Assembly: GCA_043767805.1 (NCBI GenBank)
Contig: JAYUGC010000099.1
Coordinates: forward strand, 1 to 63,786
DNA: 63,786 nt
DNA from: Pseudomonadota bacterium
Lineage (GTDB): Bacteria > Bdellovibrionota > FAC87 > UBA2466
Direction of reading: 5' to 3'
The notes beneath the pieces are model-generated. The model saw only the letters and a list, made by a program, of their open reading frames with translations, did no database searches and had not been told where the DNA came from. Both the position numbers and the translations under genes were made by a program. This document shows, piece by piece, positions 48,255-57,963 of the stretch (position 1 is the first letter of the stretch; each line of letters opens with the position of its first letter).

Positions 48255-48749
48255 TTTCTCTTCGTTATTTTCCGCTGCTTAACTCCCCCGTGTACGCATC
48301 TGTGTACGCTAACTCCGGTAACTACCTAGTTTTATTTTGAAAAATATCAGCCCGATCCAATATGACGCATCACATGCCGGGGATAGAGCCGTCGGCGATT
48401 CCCGAAGCGATGGAGAAAATAAAAGCCGCTTTGAGAAAACGGCAGCTGCGGACGAAGCTCTCCAGCGGAGGATCGATTTATCGTTTCGGTGAATGGCCGC
48501 TCGTCTTCGCTTCCTTGGGCGATCCTCGGCAAGGCGCGACTCTCCCTGAGATTAGACAGCCCGCAAGTGCGGGCCGGTGTCGGTAGCGGCGGCTCGGCGG
48601 TGATTGTGCTTCTGCCTCCGAAGGCGCAGGACTGCAACAAGCAAGCGGTGAACGCGATTCTCGCGACCTGCAAGCTCGAGAGCTAGTGGCGAGAGCCTTC
48701 TTGAGTAAGGCTCGAGGCTGAGATTAGATCACACTAACGGCCGGCTTGT

Positions 48750-49037
48750 TTATTCCTGGTCCGGCATACTCTGTAGGACGGTAGGCGCGGCGTCGGCTTC
48801 CTCGGTGGCGTCGTGATCTCTTTTATCGCGATAGGCTTCGTTCTGATCTTTGTAGCGTTCGCGAAGCACTTCTCGCTGTTCGTCGGAAAGACCGGCGGCC
48901 ATTCCTTTGCTCGTGGGCTTCTCCGTGACGTCGACTTCTTCGCCGGTGACCTTCGCCATCAAATGCTTGAGGAGCGAGTTGTTCTGGCAACCCGTGAGCA
49001 TCAGCGAGAATAGGAGTAAGCACGCGAGTTTCATCAA
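48750..49037 (-). CDS. Small lipoprotein
   Basis: Lipobox LTGC. Confidence 0.7.
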   Translation of the reverse strand: MMKLACLLLFSLMLTGCQNNSLLKHLMAKVTGEEVDVTEKPTSKGMAAGLSDEQREVLRERYKDQNEAYRDKRDHDATEEADAAPTVLQSMPDQE

Positions 49038-49072
49038 GGAACTTATCGGTTGAGCTGAGCCGCGTTACTGAA

Positions 49073-49099
49073 TAAGAAATCTGAACCTTCCCCCGATAA
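49073..49099 (+). promoter_or_regulatory. Putative sigma28 promoter, back to back with ACCGATAA on the minus strand (49043-49050)
   Basis: TAAG-N15-CCCGATAA. Confidence 0.5.
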
Positions 49100-49262
49100 A
49101 GGTCGGCGGGGACAGGGCCGCTCCCCGTGTCACACCCCGAGCTCACTTAAGCAGCTGAGATTTCAGAGAATGGTTCCATGCGTCGAATTCGCGGGCCGTA
49201 TTCTCCCAGAACACTTCGATGCTCATCTTGGAAGGTAACCAAGGAGAGATGGAATGTTCGTA

Positions 49263-49652
49263 ATGCGGTTTCAGTTGATGTTGGTGGTGGTTGGTTTGTG
49301 TCTAGGGTCCGCGCCGGCTCGCGCGGATCACGAGCCGAGTTCCGAGGCAAAGCGCCCCATGCTCGAGCAGCGCTCGGTCACCTGCGGCGATCATTGGTAC
49401 AAGGTAAAACTTTATTGGGCGTCGGGAAGTACCAAAGGAAAAGCCACGTTCTCGGGCGATAGCCGGCCGGAGCGTGACTCCGTGAACGTAAAAGTCACCC
49501 AGAAGGCAGGAATTTTGGTGGCTAGTTTCGAGGACGCCGCGGGCGGCGAAATTTCCCTCTCGGGTCTCGGCACCAATTCCATTTCGGGCACGATTCGCGA
49601 GAGCGAGAAGTCGTCCGCCGTGTCGATTGGGCCTTGCTACCGCACGAAGTGA
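49263..49652 (+). CDS. Small secreted protein
   Basis: RBS AAGGAG (start ATG 49254 or 49263), signal peptide ARA|D, two Cys near the termini. Confidence 0.7.
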   Translation: MRFQLMLVVVGLCLGSAPARADHEPSSEAKRPMLEQRSVTCGDHWYKVKLYWASGSTKGKATFSGDSRPERDSVNVKVTQKAGILVASFEDAAGGEISLSGLGTNSISGTIRESEKSSAVSIGPCYRTK

Positions 49653-49659
49653 GCCGCGC

Positions 49660-50529
49660 TTAGGCGTGAGCGATAAAATCAACGGGCAGCAAAGAAGCGC
49701 GTGTCAGCATTTCGCGGATGGGCGTGAAGCGCGCGGCCGCCCAGAGCGTGAAGTTCCAAGCCGCATGGACGAGAATTCTCGGCATCAGGCGAAGGGCTTT
49801 CTTTGCTTTGTCTCGTTTCAGGTCGCCGATCACGCTCGTCGTATCAAACAGCCACGGTTTGGTTTGAATCCGGGAGAACCCGGCGTCGTGCAGAAATTTG
49901 CGATATTCCCACACGTAGTACACGTGCTCGTTGCCGCCGTAGTGGCCCATGCGCTCGGGCTGTTCTTCGAGCATGCGCTGATACCAGGCCTTCGTGCGAA
50001 ACGGTTTTAAGATAGGCTCGTGCAGAAAGATCTGGCCGCCGGATTTCAGACGCTTCCGGCATTGGTTGAGGACCGCTTGTGGATCGTCGCAGTGGTGTAA
50101 GGACGCATTGAAGACGATGAGATCGAAGTTCGCTTCAGGAAGCTGGTCCAGGATTTCTCCCGTGCCGCAGTACACGTTTACGTGGAAGCCGTAGCGGATA
50201 GCCAGTCCGTCCAAAAGACTGCAGGCCCGGAGCGACGGCTCTAGTCCCGTTACGTTGTGGCCTAAGCTCGCAAGGTAAACCGTGGACTCGCCTGGCCCGA
50301 AACCGACATCCAGAACTTTTAGTCCTCGCGGGGAGTGCTTCAGGAACGCCGCGAGATCCCGCAATGGGCCTTTTAAACTCGGACCGAAGAAGGTCTCGGG
50401 TGTCGGAAAGCGCTTCTGGCTTTTCTTGAGCTTCGCTTTCAGCGTGGCCGCATCGATTTTTTCATCGTGCACTGCCAGCTCGGCGGCAAGACCCTGGGAC
50501 GGCTCGAATGTGAGGAAGTGAACGGGCAC
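49660..50529 (-). CDS. Class I SAM-dependent methyltransferase
   Basis: VLDVGFGPG, FDLIV..LHH, LKSGG; start uncertain. Confidence 0.85.
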   Translation of the reverse strand: MPVHFLTFEPSQGLAAELAVHDEKIDAATLKAKLKKSQKRFPTPETFFGPSLKGPLRDLAAFLKHSPRGLKVLDVGFGPGESTVYLASLGHNVTGLEPSLRACSLLDGLAIRYGFHVNVYCGTGEILDQLPEANFDLIVFNASLHHCDDPQAVLNQCRKRLKSGGQIFLHEPILKPFRTKAWYQRMLEEQPERMGHYGGNEHVYYVWEYRKFLHDAGFSRIQTKPWLFDTTSVIGDLKRDKAKKALRLMPRILVHAAWNFTLWAAARFTPIREMLTRASLLPVDFIAHA

Positions 50530-50590
50530 CGGGGGAATATAAGAAACTCCCCCGAAAATGGCCAGCCTTCCCTGAGGAGAGCCGTCCCGC

Positions 50591-50986
50591 CTACCATTTC
50601 GGAATCGGAGGAAGCGCCATTTTCGGGCCCGTGGGGTCCCAGGTGTAGTTAATCGACACGAGGGCACCTTCGGAAAGACAAACCTCCTGGCCGAAAATGA
50701 GGGTGCCGTTCCTCACTTCGAGACTGGTTGAGGAAACCGGCTGTTTGACTCGCCCCTTTTCTTCCGCGGTGACCCGCAAGTTCTCTACTTCATGGTCAGG
50801 GCGGGCAACCCCAAACGAGTTCCCGCATCCGCCGGACCAACGGCAAGTGACAGAGATTTTCGGGATGGCTGTGGCCATGACGACGTGATCCCCACAGGCG
50901 CCGGGCTGAATTTCATCCAGTGATTTAAGGGCGAATACCGAAGAGGAAACAAGTAAGGCGAGCAGAAAAGATAAGGTTTTTCCCAT
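50591..50986 (-). CDS. Small secreted Cys-containing protein
   Basis: RBS GGAGAGG, signal peptide VFA|L, four Cys. Confidence 0.68.
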   Translation of the reverse strand: MGKTLSFLLALLVSSSVFALKSLDEIQPGACGDHVVMATAIPKISVTCRWSGGCGNSFGVARPDHEVENLRVTAEEKGRVKQPVSSTSLEVRNGTLIFGQEVCLSEGALVSINYTWDPTGPKMALPPIPKW

Positions 50987-51016
50987 GATGCCTCTCCAAG
51001 TTGTATCCTCTAAAAT

Positions 51017-51032
51017 TGCACGTTCTGGGCCA
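51017..51032 (-). promoter_or_regulatory. Putative sigma54 promoter
   Basis: Minus strand TGGCCCAGAACGTGCA. Confidence 0.5.
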
Positions 51033-51572
51033 GTCAGGTTCTCAGCGGTTTCGCCGACTTGAGCTTTTTGGGGTGGCGAACTTGTCTACATTCGTCGAAG
51101 AAATCCTCGCGGCCGGACTGTAACTATCCTCAAGGATAGTCGGTTTCGGATTTTCAGAAGGGGGCTCCTACTTTCGGAGACTACGATTGGGAGCGAAGAT
51201 TTTGACGTCCCTATTTTTTGCCCCCCCCCGGACAAAAAAGTCTTACTGTGTCCTGATGGCGCGGGTTTACTCAAAGTACATCGAAACTCGTTTCGATCCG
51301 GTGGAAAAATCAGACATAGGGTGGACTTGCGAGTTTATGCCCTGAGAAGAGGAAATCTGTCGATATTTCTTCCTACAAAAGAAAGTGCGAAGAATTTTCT
51401 CCGACATTTTAGCCTTTTAGGCTGTCTATTCTGTAGAGGATAATGACCCCCCCACCGGGACGGACTGATTGGGGAATGGATCTGTAGTACTACGTGTTTC
51501 CTAGCGCGGGAACCTGAATAGAACTTGGCGGCTATCCTTAGAATACAGGCTCAGATTCACGCCCGTGTTCCG

Positions 51573-51588
51573 AGGCACCTCAATTGCA
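51573..51588 (+). promoter_or_regulatory. Putative sigma54 promoter
   Basis: AGGCACCTCAATTGCA, 33 nt before ATG 51621. Confidence 0.5.
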
Positions 51589-51620
51589 GTTCAATTAGAT
51601 ACTTTGAAAGGACTCTAGCC

Positions 51621-51845
51621 ATGAAATTCAACATTGCGGTACTTCTCGGATTGATAATGTTCTCAACTTTCGGTTTCGTGGCTCTGGCGGATGGATGTAC
51701 CTGTGTCATCCAGCCGGATGGAGCGAGGGAGTGTCTGATTTGTCCAGATGGCCAAACGCCTTCATCGGAAGACCTCGCCAAGGCCCAGCCCGTGGGGGCA
51801 TCACAGGAACCAAGTTATGAACTCCCTGGGGCCCCTGAAGAATGA
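51621..51845 (+). CDS. Small secreted Cys-rich peptide
   Basis: RBS AAGGA, signal peptide ALA|D, then CTC..CLIC and an acidic tail. Confidence 0.65.
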   Translation: MKFNIAVLLGLIMFSTFGFVALADGCTCVIQPDGARECLICPDGQTPSSEDLAKAQPVGASQEPSYELPGAPEE

Positions 51846-52024
51846 CGAGTAAATAGCTCCCAGAGGTATCAACCTTTTCCGTAGATTGAAGTCCGCGCCC
51901 ATCCGCGGCCCGGTCCGCCCGATTCTCTTCCTCTTCGCTAGTCGCGTTCACAGAATAATGCGGCTACGCGGCCAATTCGTAAGGGAGATAGGCGCCACTT
52001 TATCTGGATGTTAAGGCCCGTCGA

Positions 52025-52500
52025 TTATCGATTTCCAAGACGCTGCTCGATTCGATCGAAAATCTCCTCAAGGGGAATGCCTGCTTCAGCTCGAAACTTG
52101 TTGAAGCAATAAATGCCTGAATAATCCCCGTCGGGGTCGGCGATGGCTCCCGTCCTTTCGCCTTCAATTTGAGAAATAATCCTCAAATCTTCGTGTACCA
52201 AAGGTTCCAGAGGCGCGATTCCACCGAAAGCCTCCTGAGCTCTCGGACAAGAAAGAGCCGGCACCACGGTCGTGCAAGAAAAATCAGGTCCGAGCGGTTG
52301 CGTTAATGAATCATCGCCCCCATGGCGGATTCAATTTGGTTAATGCGCTGGATGGAAACGAGGTTCTCCAGTCGCTTTAAATCTACCGGTGTGGTCTGCC
52401 ACCCATACTCTAAACGAATGGCGGTGAATGCCACCAGCGTCTCGACGATAGGAAGGCGCTGTTAAAGGCAATGCTTGGCGAGGTCAAAGTAGGCAGCAAC
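52025..52500 (-). pseudogene. Possible decayed gene downstream of tRNA-Ala
   Basis: Protein-like frame (VAAYFDLAKHCL*QRLPIVETLVAF..AMIH*RNRSDLIF) broken by two TAA codons and a frameshift into ORF 52025..52267. Confidence 0.35.
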
Positions 52501-52611
52501 GAGGAAATTCCCGGTTGAGCCGTAGCGTGAAGGACTTTTGCCAAATCCGGGAGTTTCCTAAAGCGAACGGCGCAACGTTCTTTAGCCTGAAGGAGAACCC
52601 TGTATTCAAAT

Positions 52612-52687
52612 TGGTGGACCCGACGCGGATCGAACGCGCGACCTCCACAATGCCATTGTGGCGCTCTCCCAGCTGAGCTACGGGCCC
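52612..52687 (-). tRNA. tRNA-Ala(GGC)
   Basis: 76 nt GGGCCCGTAGCTCAGCTGGGAGAGCG-CCACA-ATGGCAT-TGTGG..GTTCGATCC..CGGGTCCACCA; G3:U70 pair; encoded CCA. Confidence 0.97.
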
Positions 52688-52779
52688 CCATCAATCGACT
52701 GATGAGTTGAAAATCACTGGGTTTTCAACCAACCGGAGAGACTTACCAGAGGTGCCGCGGGCTGGCAATAAGAAGAGTG

Positions 52780-54123
52780 TTATCTCAGATCGGGCGGCTC
52801 GGCGGGCGCGATCGGCTCCGGAAACGCCATGTGAACCGCGTTTCTGGACTCCCGCTTCACCGTGTACATGGCGCTGTCCGCGAGTCGTAACAACGTATCG
52901 CGCTCCATAGTGTGGTCGGGATAAACCGCGACGCCCACACTCACGGTCGTTTGAATCCGCTGCTCCTGCACCACGAAAACACGGCGCTCGATCTGGCGGC
53001 GGATGCGCTCGGCAATTTCCCGCGCGCCTTCCTTGTTCGTGTCGTGGAGAATCACCACGAACTCGTCCCCGCCGTAACGAAACACCGGATCGATGTTACG
53101 AACGCAGTTACGCACCGCTTTCGCAATCGCGACGAGAAACGCACTACCCAACAAATGCCCGTGCTTGTCGTTGATGCTCTTGAAATGATCCACGTCGATA
53201 AAGAGCACGGCAAAGTGCTTCGCCTTTTGGCTCGTGCGCACGATGGCGTTGGTGAGCGCGTACTTCAGATATCGGGAGTTATAGAGCCCCGTGAGATCGT
53301 CGATGAAAGTACGCTGCTTCACTTCTTCGAACTTCTCGAGGTTCAGCAAACAGACTTGAGTGTGCTCCCAGAGAAGCTTCGTCTCGGAAAGCCGTTTCGC
53401 TCCCGCCGCCCCGGGAATACCCCAAAGCAAAACGCCGCCGAGCTTATGATCTTGGCACGCGAGATACACTTTGCGGGTTCCGTCTTTGGCGACGAATTGC
53501 CGAAGCTTCGGCCCGTGGTCCCAGCCCTGCCGCCGAGGTAAAAGGTCCTGCACGCCAATGGTTTGTACTTTGCGCGGCACTCCGCAGATGAGCTTCTGCT
53601 CGCCGTCGAGCCAGGCCCCGCCTTCCGCTCCCAAAGTCTGCTGCAAAAATTCCAAAGCGCAGAGCCGGAGTAACCAAATCGAAGTGCTCGAAGAAATCTG
53701 CGTGAACGCCCGCACCAAACGCGCGCGTGGTCCTTCTAACCTTCGCATCATCACTTGGCGCTGTAGTGCACGGCGCAGAGTCCACGCCATTTCTTCCGGA
53801 CTCACGGGCTTTAAAAGATAATCGGTAAATCCGCAGCGGATGCAGCGCAGAGCGCTCGCGGCCGAGTCCGTTTCGGAAAGCCCAATCAAATCACTATCGG
53901 GAAAAGCCGCGCGCAACGCTTCGAGCTGCGGTTCCCAGGGAGTCGGGATGGCGTCCAAGTCGAGGAAGACGGCCAACGGAGGGCTCGGGCTCTTGTCCGC
54001 GAGAAGCCCTTCCAAAGTCGGAAACCAATGAATCGTACCGCCCAAACCGGCTACAGCCGTGTCATAGGGGTGCCGCATTTCGTCTGAACCAAAGAAAGCG
54101 AAGATGGTCTTGGTGACTGACAT
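52780..54123 (-). CDS. REC-(GAF-like)-GGDEF dinucleotide cyclase with Hypr-type Ser
   Basis: Atypical REC (FLDLD, DYLLKP), DDLTGLYN, DVDHFK, NDKHGHLLGS, RNID, RYGGDEF. Confidence 0.88.
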   Translation of the reverse strand: MSVTKTIFAFFGSDEMRHPYDTAVAGLGGTIHWFPTLEGLLADKSPSPPLAVFLDLDAIPTPWEPQLEALRAAFPDSDLIGLSETDSAASALRCIRCGFTDYLLKPVSPEEMAWTLRRALQRQVMMRRLEGPRARLVRAFTQISSSTSIWLLRLCALEFLQQTLGAEGGAWLDGEQKLICGVPRKVQTIGVQDLLPRRQGWDHGPKLRQFVAKDGTRKVYLACQDHKLGGVLLWGIPGAAGAKRLSETKLLWEHTQVCLLNLEKFEEVKQRTFIDDLTGLYNSRYLKYALTNAIVRTSQKAKHFAVLFIDVDHFKSINDKHGHLLGSAFLVAIAKAVRNCVRNIDPVFRYGGDEFVVILHDTNKEGAREIAERIRRQIERRVFVVQEQRIQTTVSVGVAVYPDHTMERDTLLRLADSAMYTVKRESRNAVHMAFPEPIAPAEPPDLR

Positions 54124-54265
54124 AGGGTGGCTAAGTAGGGGGATTAGCTACCAATGTAGCATAAGGATCGCCGTTTTGCCGGGCCGGGCGCCCCGTAAGA
54201 AAATTGGTCCGTCGTTTGCTCTTTAAGCGAATGGCTCGGTAGGCGTAGACCATGAGGATACGATT

Positions 54266-54703
54266 ATGGTGAAGGTCAATTTAACCGTCCCTCGTTACGA
54301 CTTGAGAAAGCGCCTTGCGGTCGCTTTTCTGAGTATCAGCATTTTGGGTTTGATCGGACTCGCGGTCCCTATACTCACCAATCACTGGGACGAGCCCCGC
54401 CCGTTACAGGTCGAAGAGACCGAAACGGTACTTGCCGTCGCCGAGCGCCTCGAAGGCCGGGTTCCGAAGCTCGCTGAATGGCTCCAGGATTTCCGTTACA
54501 GTGTCGTGCAAAATGATTTCGAGATCGTCGTGCGCCATCAATGGCGCTCGCAAGATCTGGTCTCTCAATCCGGCCGCACGCTAGTGTTCTCCGACAAGTT
54601 CTTCGACGCGGACACCGTGAACCAGGAGCAAGCGCTCCTTGGCATTCTCGTGAACGTGCATTCGCAGATCGAGCCGGAGTCGGACGTCGCCTACGGCGAG
54701 TAG
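54266..54703 (+). CDS. Hypothetical membrane-anchored protein
   Basis: RBS GAGG, single N-terminal TM helix. Confidence 0.7.
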   Translation: MVKVNLTVPRYDLRKRLAVAFLSISILGLIGLAVPILTNHWDEPRPLQVEETETVLAVAERLEGRVPKLAEWLQDFRYSVVQNDFEIVVRHQWRSQDLVSQSGRTLVFSDKFFDADTVNQEQALLGILVNVHSQIEPESDVAYGE

Positions 54704-54704
54704 T

Positions 54705-57683
54705 CTAAGGGCAGAACGATTTTTTCTGCACTAGTCTACCCACCGCCGATAGCTTTACCGACACGCAGTTCTCATAGCCCGGCGCGACTTCCTTCACCTT
54801 CCCCATATTCACGGCGAAGACCATTTGCTGCCCGACTTCGAGGAGCTGCAGCGCGACCGAGCCTACCGGCAACGCCGATTTCAGCACGCGCTCTTCGGTG
54901 AGGCTGAAGAACCAGTCGTTCACCTTAGCCTCCGTGAAAGCGCCCGCGATTCTCAAATTGGAATCGCCTTCGGGCTGCTTATCCACGTCATTCAACGCGA
55001 TCTTGCTGTCGAGCTCGAGCCCGCCTGAGGAGAGTAAGTTCTTCTCCGGATCGAGGAGCAGGTACGGATAGTCCGTCATCAAATCGTAATACGATTTGGC
55101 GGTCTGCACTCTGAACTGGATGGAGCTGAACTTATCGCCGTCATCGGGCGAGATAGTGAAGGGCAGGTCGATGGACGAGCCCTTTACCGCGACGACGGAA
55201 GTTTTCGCCACCGAGCCCACCTCCATCTTCGGCTGGACCTTGATGGCATCGAAGTTATTGTCGACGCTCACTTCGAAGTAGTTATTGCCGACCGGCGCGC
55301 CCTTACTGATGCGCAAAGAGTACGCCTTGAGCCGCACTTTCACGCCCACCGCGTGGTGGAGAAAAGGCGGTGCGACGACGTCGATCTCATAGACGCCCGC
55401 GCGCAAGGTTTCCGTCTGACCGAGGAGCGGCGCCTGCGGGTTGTTGCGATCGGCGTCTTGAAGCTTGGAGAGCAAACGCCCTTCGCTGTCTAAGAGCTGC
55501 GCCCAAACCGATTGACCGTCGGAGGTGAGGTCGAACTGCACCGCCGTCGTTCCCGCCGGAACGTCGACAAACACTCTCTGTACCGTGCCCACTTCCACTT
55601 TCAAGTCGGCGTTGTGCTCGTGCTGGTTGGAATCATCCAAAGCGACGGGCACGACGACGGTCACGGGAATGACGAAAGCCATCCGGCCCGTGCCTCCCTC
55701 GAAGGCCGTGATTTTTTCGGAATGAAGGCCGGGCTTCGAGAGAATCGACGCATCGATCTCGGCCCGGAAGCTTCTATTCGCTCCGAGCAAATGAAAATCG
55801 GGAGGGGTCAGGATCCACGAAGCAGAGGCTTTGAGCTGGTACGTCTTCAAGGCGTTCTTATCGGCTTGAGTCGCGCCCGCTTTGAAGTTCGGCGTAATGC
55901 CGACCGTGAACTCGTTCACGGGAAGCTTACGCGCCCGAATGTAGATGCCTTTGCCTCTTCCGCCGGGAGCGGTCGGGCTGGTGACGCTAATCGAATAATC
56001 GATGGTGGAAGCGCCTTTGAGATCTTTCAAGCTCTCCAGCGAGGCCACGACATTCATGAGCCCATGTCCCTGCTCGATGAGGGCGAGATCCGGAATGTGG
56101 GTCGCGCCGGCATACACCGCGCGGGTTACCGTCGCGCGATCGGCCGGCAACGCGGCTTGCTGAGCGGCGCTAAGGAGCAGCGCCAAGCCACCCGTCACTT
56201 GCGGTGACGCCATGGACGTTCCGCTGAAGGTCGCGAGATCGTCGTGCCATCCGGGGACGCTCGACAAAGCCGTGCCGGGAGCAAGCAGCGTCGGTTTGAA
56301 GCCGCCGTCAAAGAGCGGTCCCACCGACGAGAAATACCAGAGCGAGTCCTTCTTGATGCCGACGTAACCGTAGTTGCTCTCGGCGGACTCTTTAGTGAGA
56401 TAAGCGGCGTTACTGATCGCAAGCTCCGCGCCCGCGGGGGTGCCGATGGTGAGCAGGCCCGGGCCTTCGTTGCCGGCGCTGATGCTGAACAAGATGCCCT
56501 TCTCGCGAGCGACTTTATCGATGTACTGATCTATGGCGCTTTTGCCCACGTTTGAGCCCGCGCGAATGCCGTAGCTCAAGTTCACGACTTGAGCGCCGCG
56601 CGCCGCCGCGAAATCGATCGCAAGCAGCATGGAGGCGGTCGTCGTCGAGCCACCGGCCAAACGGTTGTCGCCGATTTTGGCGCCGATGACTTTCGCGCCG
56701 GGAGCGACGCCCGTAAGGCCGTTCGGATCGAAGCCCGTCGAGATGCCGGCAACGTGGGTGCCGTGGCCGCCGTCGTCAAACACCAGGGACGCGACCGAGC
56801 CATCGTTTTCTAAGTTTAGAGAGGCCGTAAGGCTCTTCTTCTTGCCGAGCTTCGTGAACGCTCTCGATTTGCCGAAATCATAGAGCTCGGCTTCGTCGGT
56901 AAAATCCTTGTCGGCGTTCGTATCGATTTTGCCGTGCCAGCTGCCGTCGGCGGCTTTGAAGGCAAGGACCGCGACGTCCTTGAACTCGTCCACGGCCGCG
57001 ATGTCTTCGGAGTAAACCATCGTGGAGCCGAGGAAAGTGCCGAGTTTGAGCTCGGTCGCGCCCAAGACGCCCACTTTGTAAGACACGCCCGCCGCATCGG
57101 CGACGGTCTCACCGGCTAGTACGGCGTCTTTCATTTCGACCCGGCCCTGGCCCGAGAAATCGTAGAAGGCGACGATCTTGTCCTCTCCGTTCGAGGTCTT
57201 TTTGAGCATCGGATGATCGAGCTCGACGCCCGTATCGAGAATCGCGACGGTAACGCCGCGTCCATCGTAAGAGGGGTTGTTCTTGATGAAAGTGCGCGCG
57301 CCGATTTTCTCGGCGGGAATGAGTCTCAACAGAGTCGCGATGTCAGTCTGGGCGCCGGCGCCGAGGCCTCGCGATTTAATCGAGCTATCCAGTAGGAGCT
57401 GAGAGTTCGGGCTCACCGACGCCTGGCAGGCCGAAAGTCCCAGCGTCTCGGCTTTGCGGTTAGTGAGAAGTAGGCCCGTTTCGCCTTGGTACAAGACGGT
57501 CGCGCCTCTGGCGCGAAGCTCGCTCGCGCAAAGCTCGGAGTCGCGGGCGTCTTTGGCGATGAGGATGGCCTCGACCGCGCCTGGGTTCACGGCTTCCGCC
57601 GCCTGAACCGGCGCCGCAAGCTTACGGGCGCAACCCATCAAAGCGGAGATGCCCACCAGCGAGACCAAAAATAGATTTTTCAT
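54705..57683 (-). CDS. Lipoprotein S8 peptidase, tripeptidyl peptidase II-like
   Basis: Lipobox LMGC; P.YDGRGV.VAILDTGV, long D-H insert, HGTHVAGI, KIGDNRL, SAGNEGP, GTSMASP. Confidence 0.9.
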   Translation of the reverse strand: MKNLFLVSLVGISALMGCARKLAAPVQAAEAVNPGAVEAILIAKDARDSELCASELRARGATVLYQGETGLLLTNRKAETLGLSACQASVSPNSQLLLDSSIKSRGLGAGAQTDIATLLRLIPAEKIGARTFIKNNPSYDGRGVTVAILDTGVELDHPMLKKTSNGEDKIVAFYDFSGQGRVEMKDAVLAGETVADAAGVSYKVGVLGATELKLGTFLGSTMVYSEDIAAVDEFKDVAVLAFKAADGSWHGKIDTNADKDFTDEAELYDFGKSRAFTKLGKKKSLTASLNLENDGSVASLVFDDGGHGTHVAGISTGFDPNGLTGVAPGAKVIGAKIGDNRLAGGSTTTASMLLAIDFAAARGAQVVNLSYGIRAGSNVGKSAIDQYIDKVAREKGILFSISAGNEGPGLLTIGTPAGAELAISNAAYLTKESAESNYGYVGIKKDSLWYFSSVGPLFDGGFKPTLLAPGTALSSVPGWHDDLATFSGTSMASPQVTGGLALLLSAAQQAALPADRATVTRAVYAGATHIPDLALIEQGHGLMNVVASLESLKDLKGASTIDYSISVTSPTAPGGRGKGIYIRARKLPVNEFTVGITPNFKAGATQADKNALKTYQLKASASWILTPPDFHLLGANRSFRAEIDASILSKPGLHSEKITAFEGGTGRMAFVIPVTVVVPVALDDSNQHEHNADLKVEVGTVQRVFVDVPAGTTAVQFDLTSDGQSVWAQLLDSEGRLLSKLQDADRNNPQAPLLGQTETLRAGVYEIDVVAPPFLHHAVGVKVRLKAYSLRISKGAPVGNNYFEVSVDNNFDAIKVQPKMEVGSVAKTSVVAVKGSSIDLPFTISPDDGDKFSSIQFRVQTAKSYYDLMTDYPYLLLDPEKNLLSSGGLELDSKIALNDVDKQPEGDSNLRIAGAFTEAKVNDWFFSLTEERVLKSALPVGSVALQLLEVGQQMVFAVNMGKVKEVAPGYENCVSVKLSAVGRLVQKKSFCP

Positions 57684-57765
57684 TACGACCCCTCTTAAAA
57701 CTGTTCTGCCGTGGGTTGCGAGGGGACGCAATGCCTTCCTCCTCTCAGCCACATTCCCCGTACAA

Positions 57766-57781
57766 AGCACGTCTCATGCCA
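57766..57781 (-). promoter_or_regulatory. Putative sigma54 promoter
   Basis: Minus strand TGGCATGAGACGTGCT. Confidence 0.5.
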
Positions 57782-57963
57782 GGGTTTTCGTGCCCCCCAA
57801 CGTGAAGACAAGTGATCCAAAAACTCGGTCGGGCAGGGGAGCTTTACTTGCTGCACCGTGCTCTCCCTCTTAGAAGCGAGCTTTCCGAATTAAATGGGGC
57901 GGGTTGGCCCCGAGCCGGGGAGTGCCAAAACGCACTCTTGGTCACTTTGAGATAGGAATATTT

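Noticed and set aside
48347..48686. Short overlapping ORFs and a GTGTACGC direct repeat just upstream
   Set aside because: No RBS or family motif supports any one frame; cannot call a gene or pseudogene
49085..49170. GC-rich hairpins as a riboswitch
   Set aside because: No TPP, glycine, GEMM or SAM consensus recognisable
57700..57760. GGGACGCAA as part of a c-di-GMP-I/cGAMP riboswitch
   Set aside because: The upstream GGCAAA/GNRA P2 element is missing, and it is on the opposite strand to the adjacent protease gene
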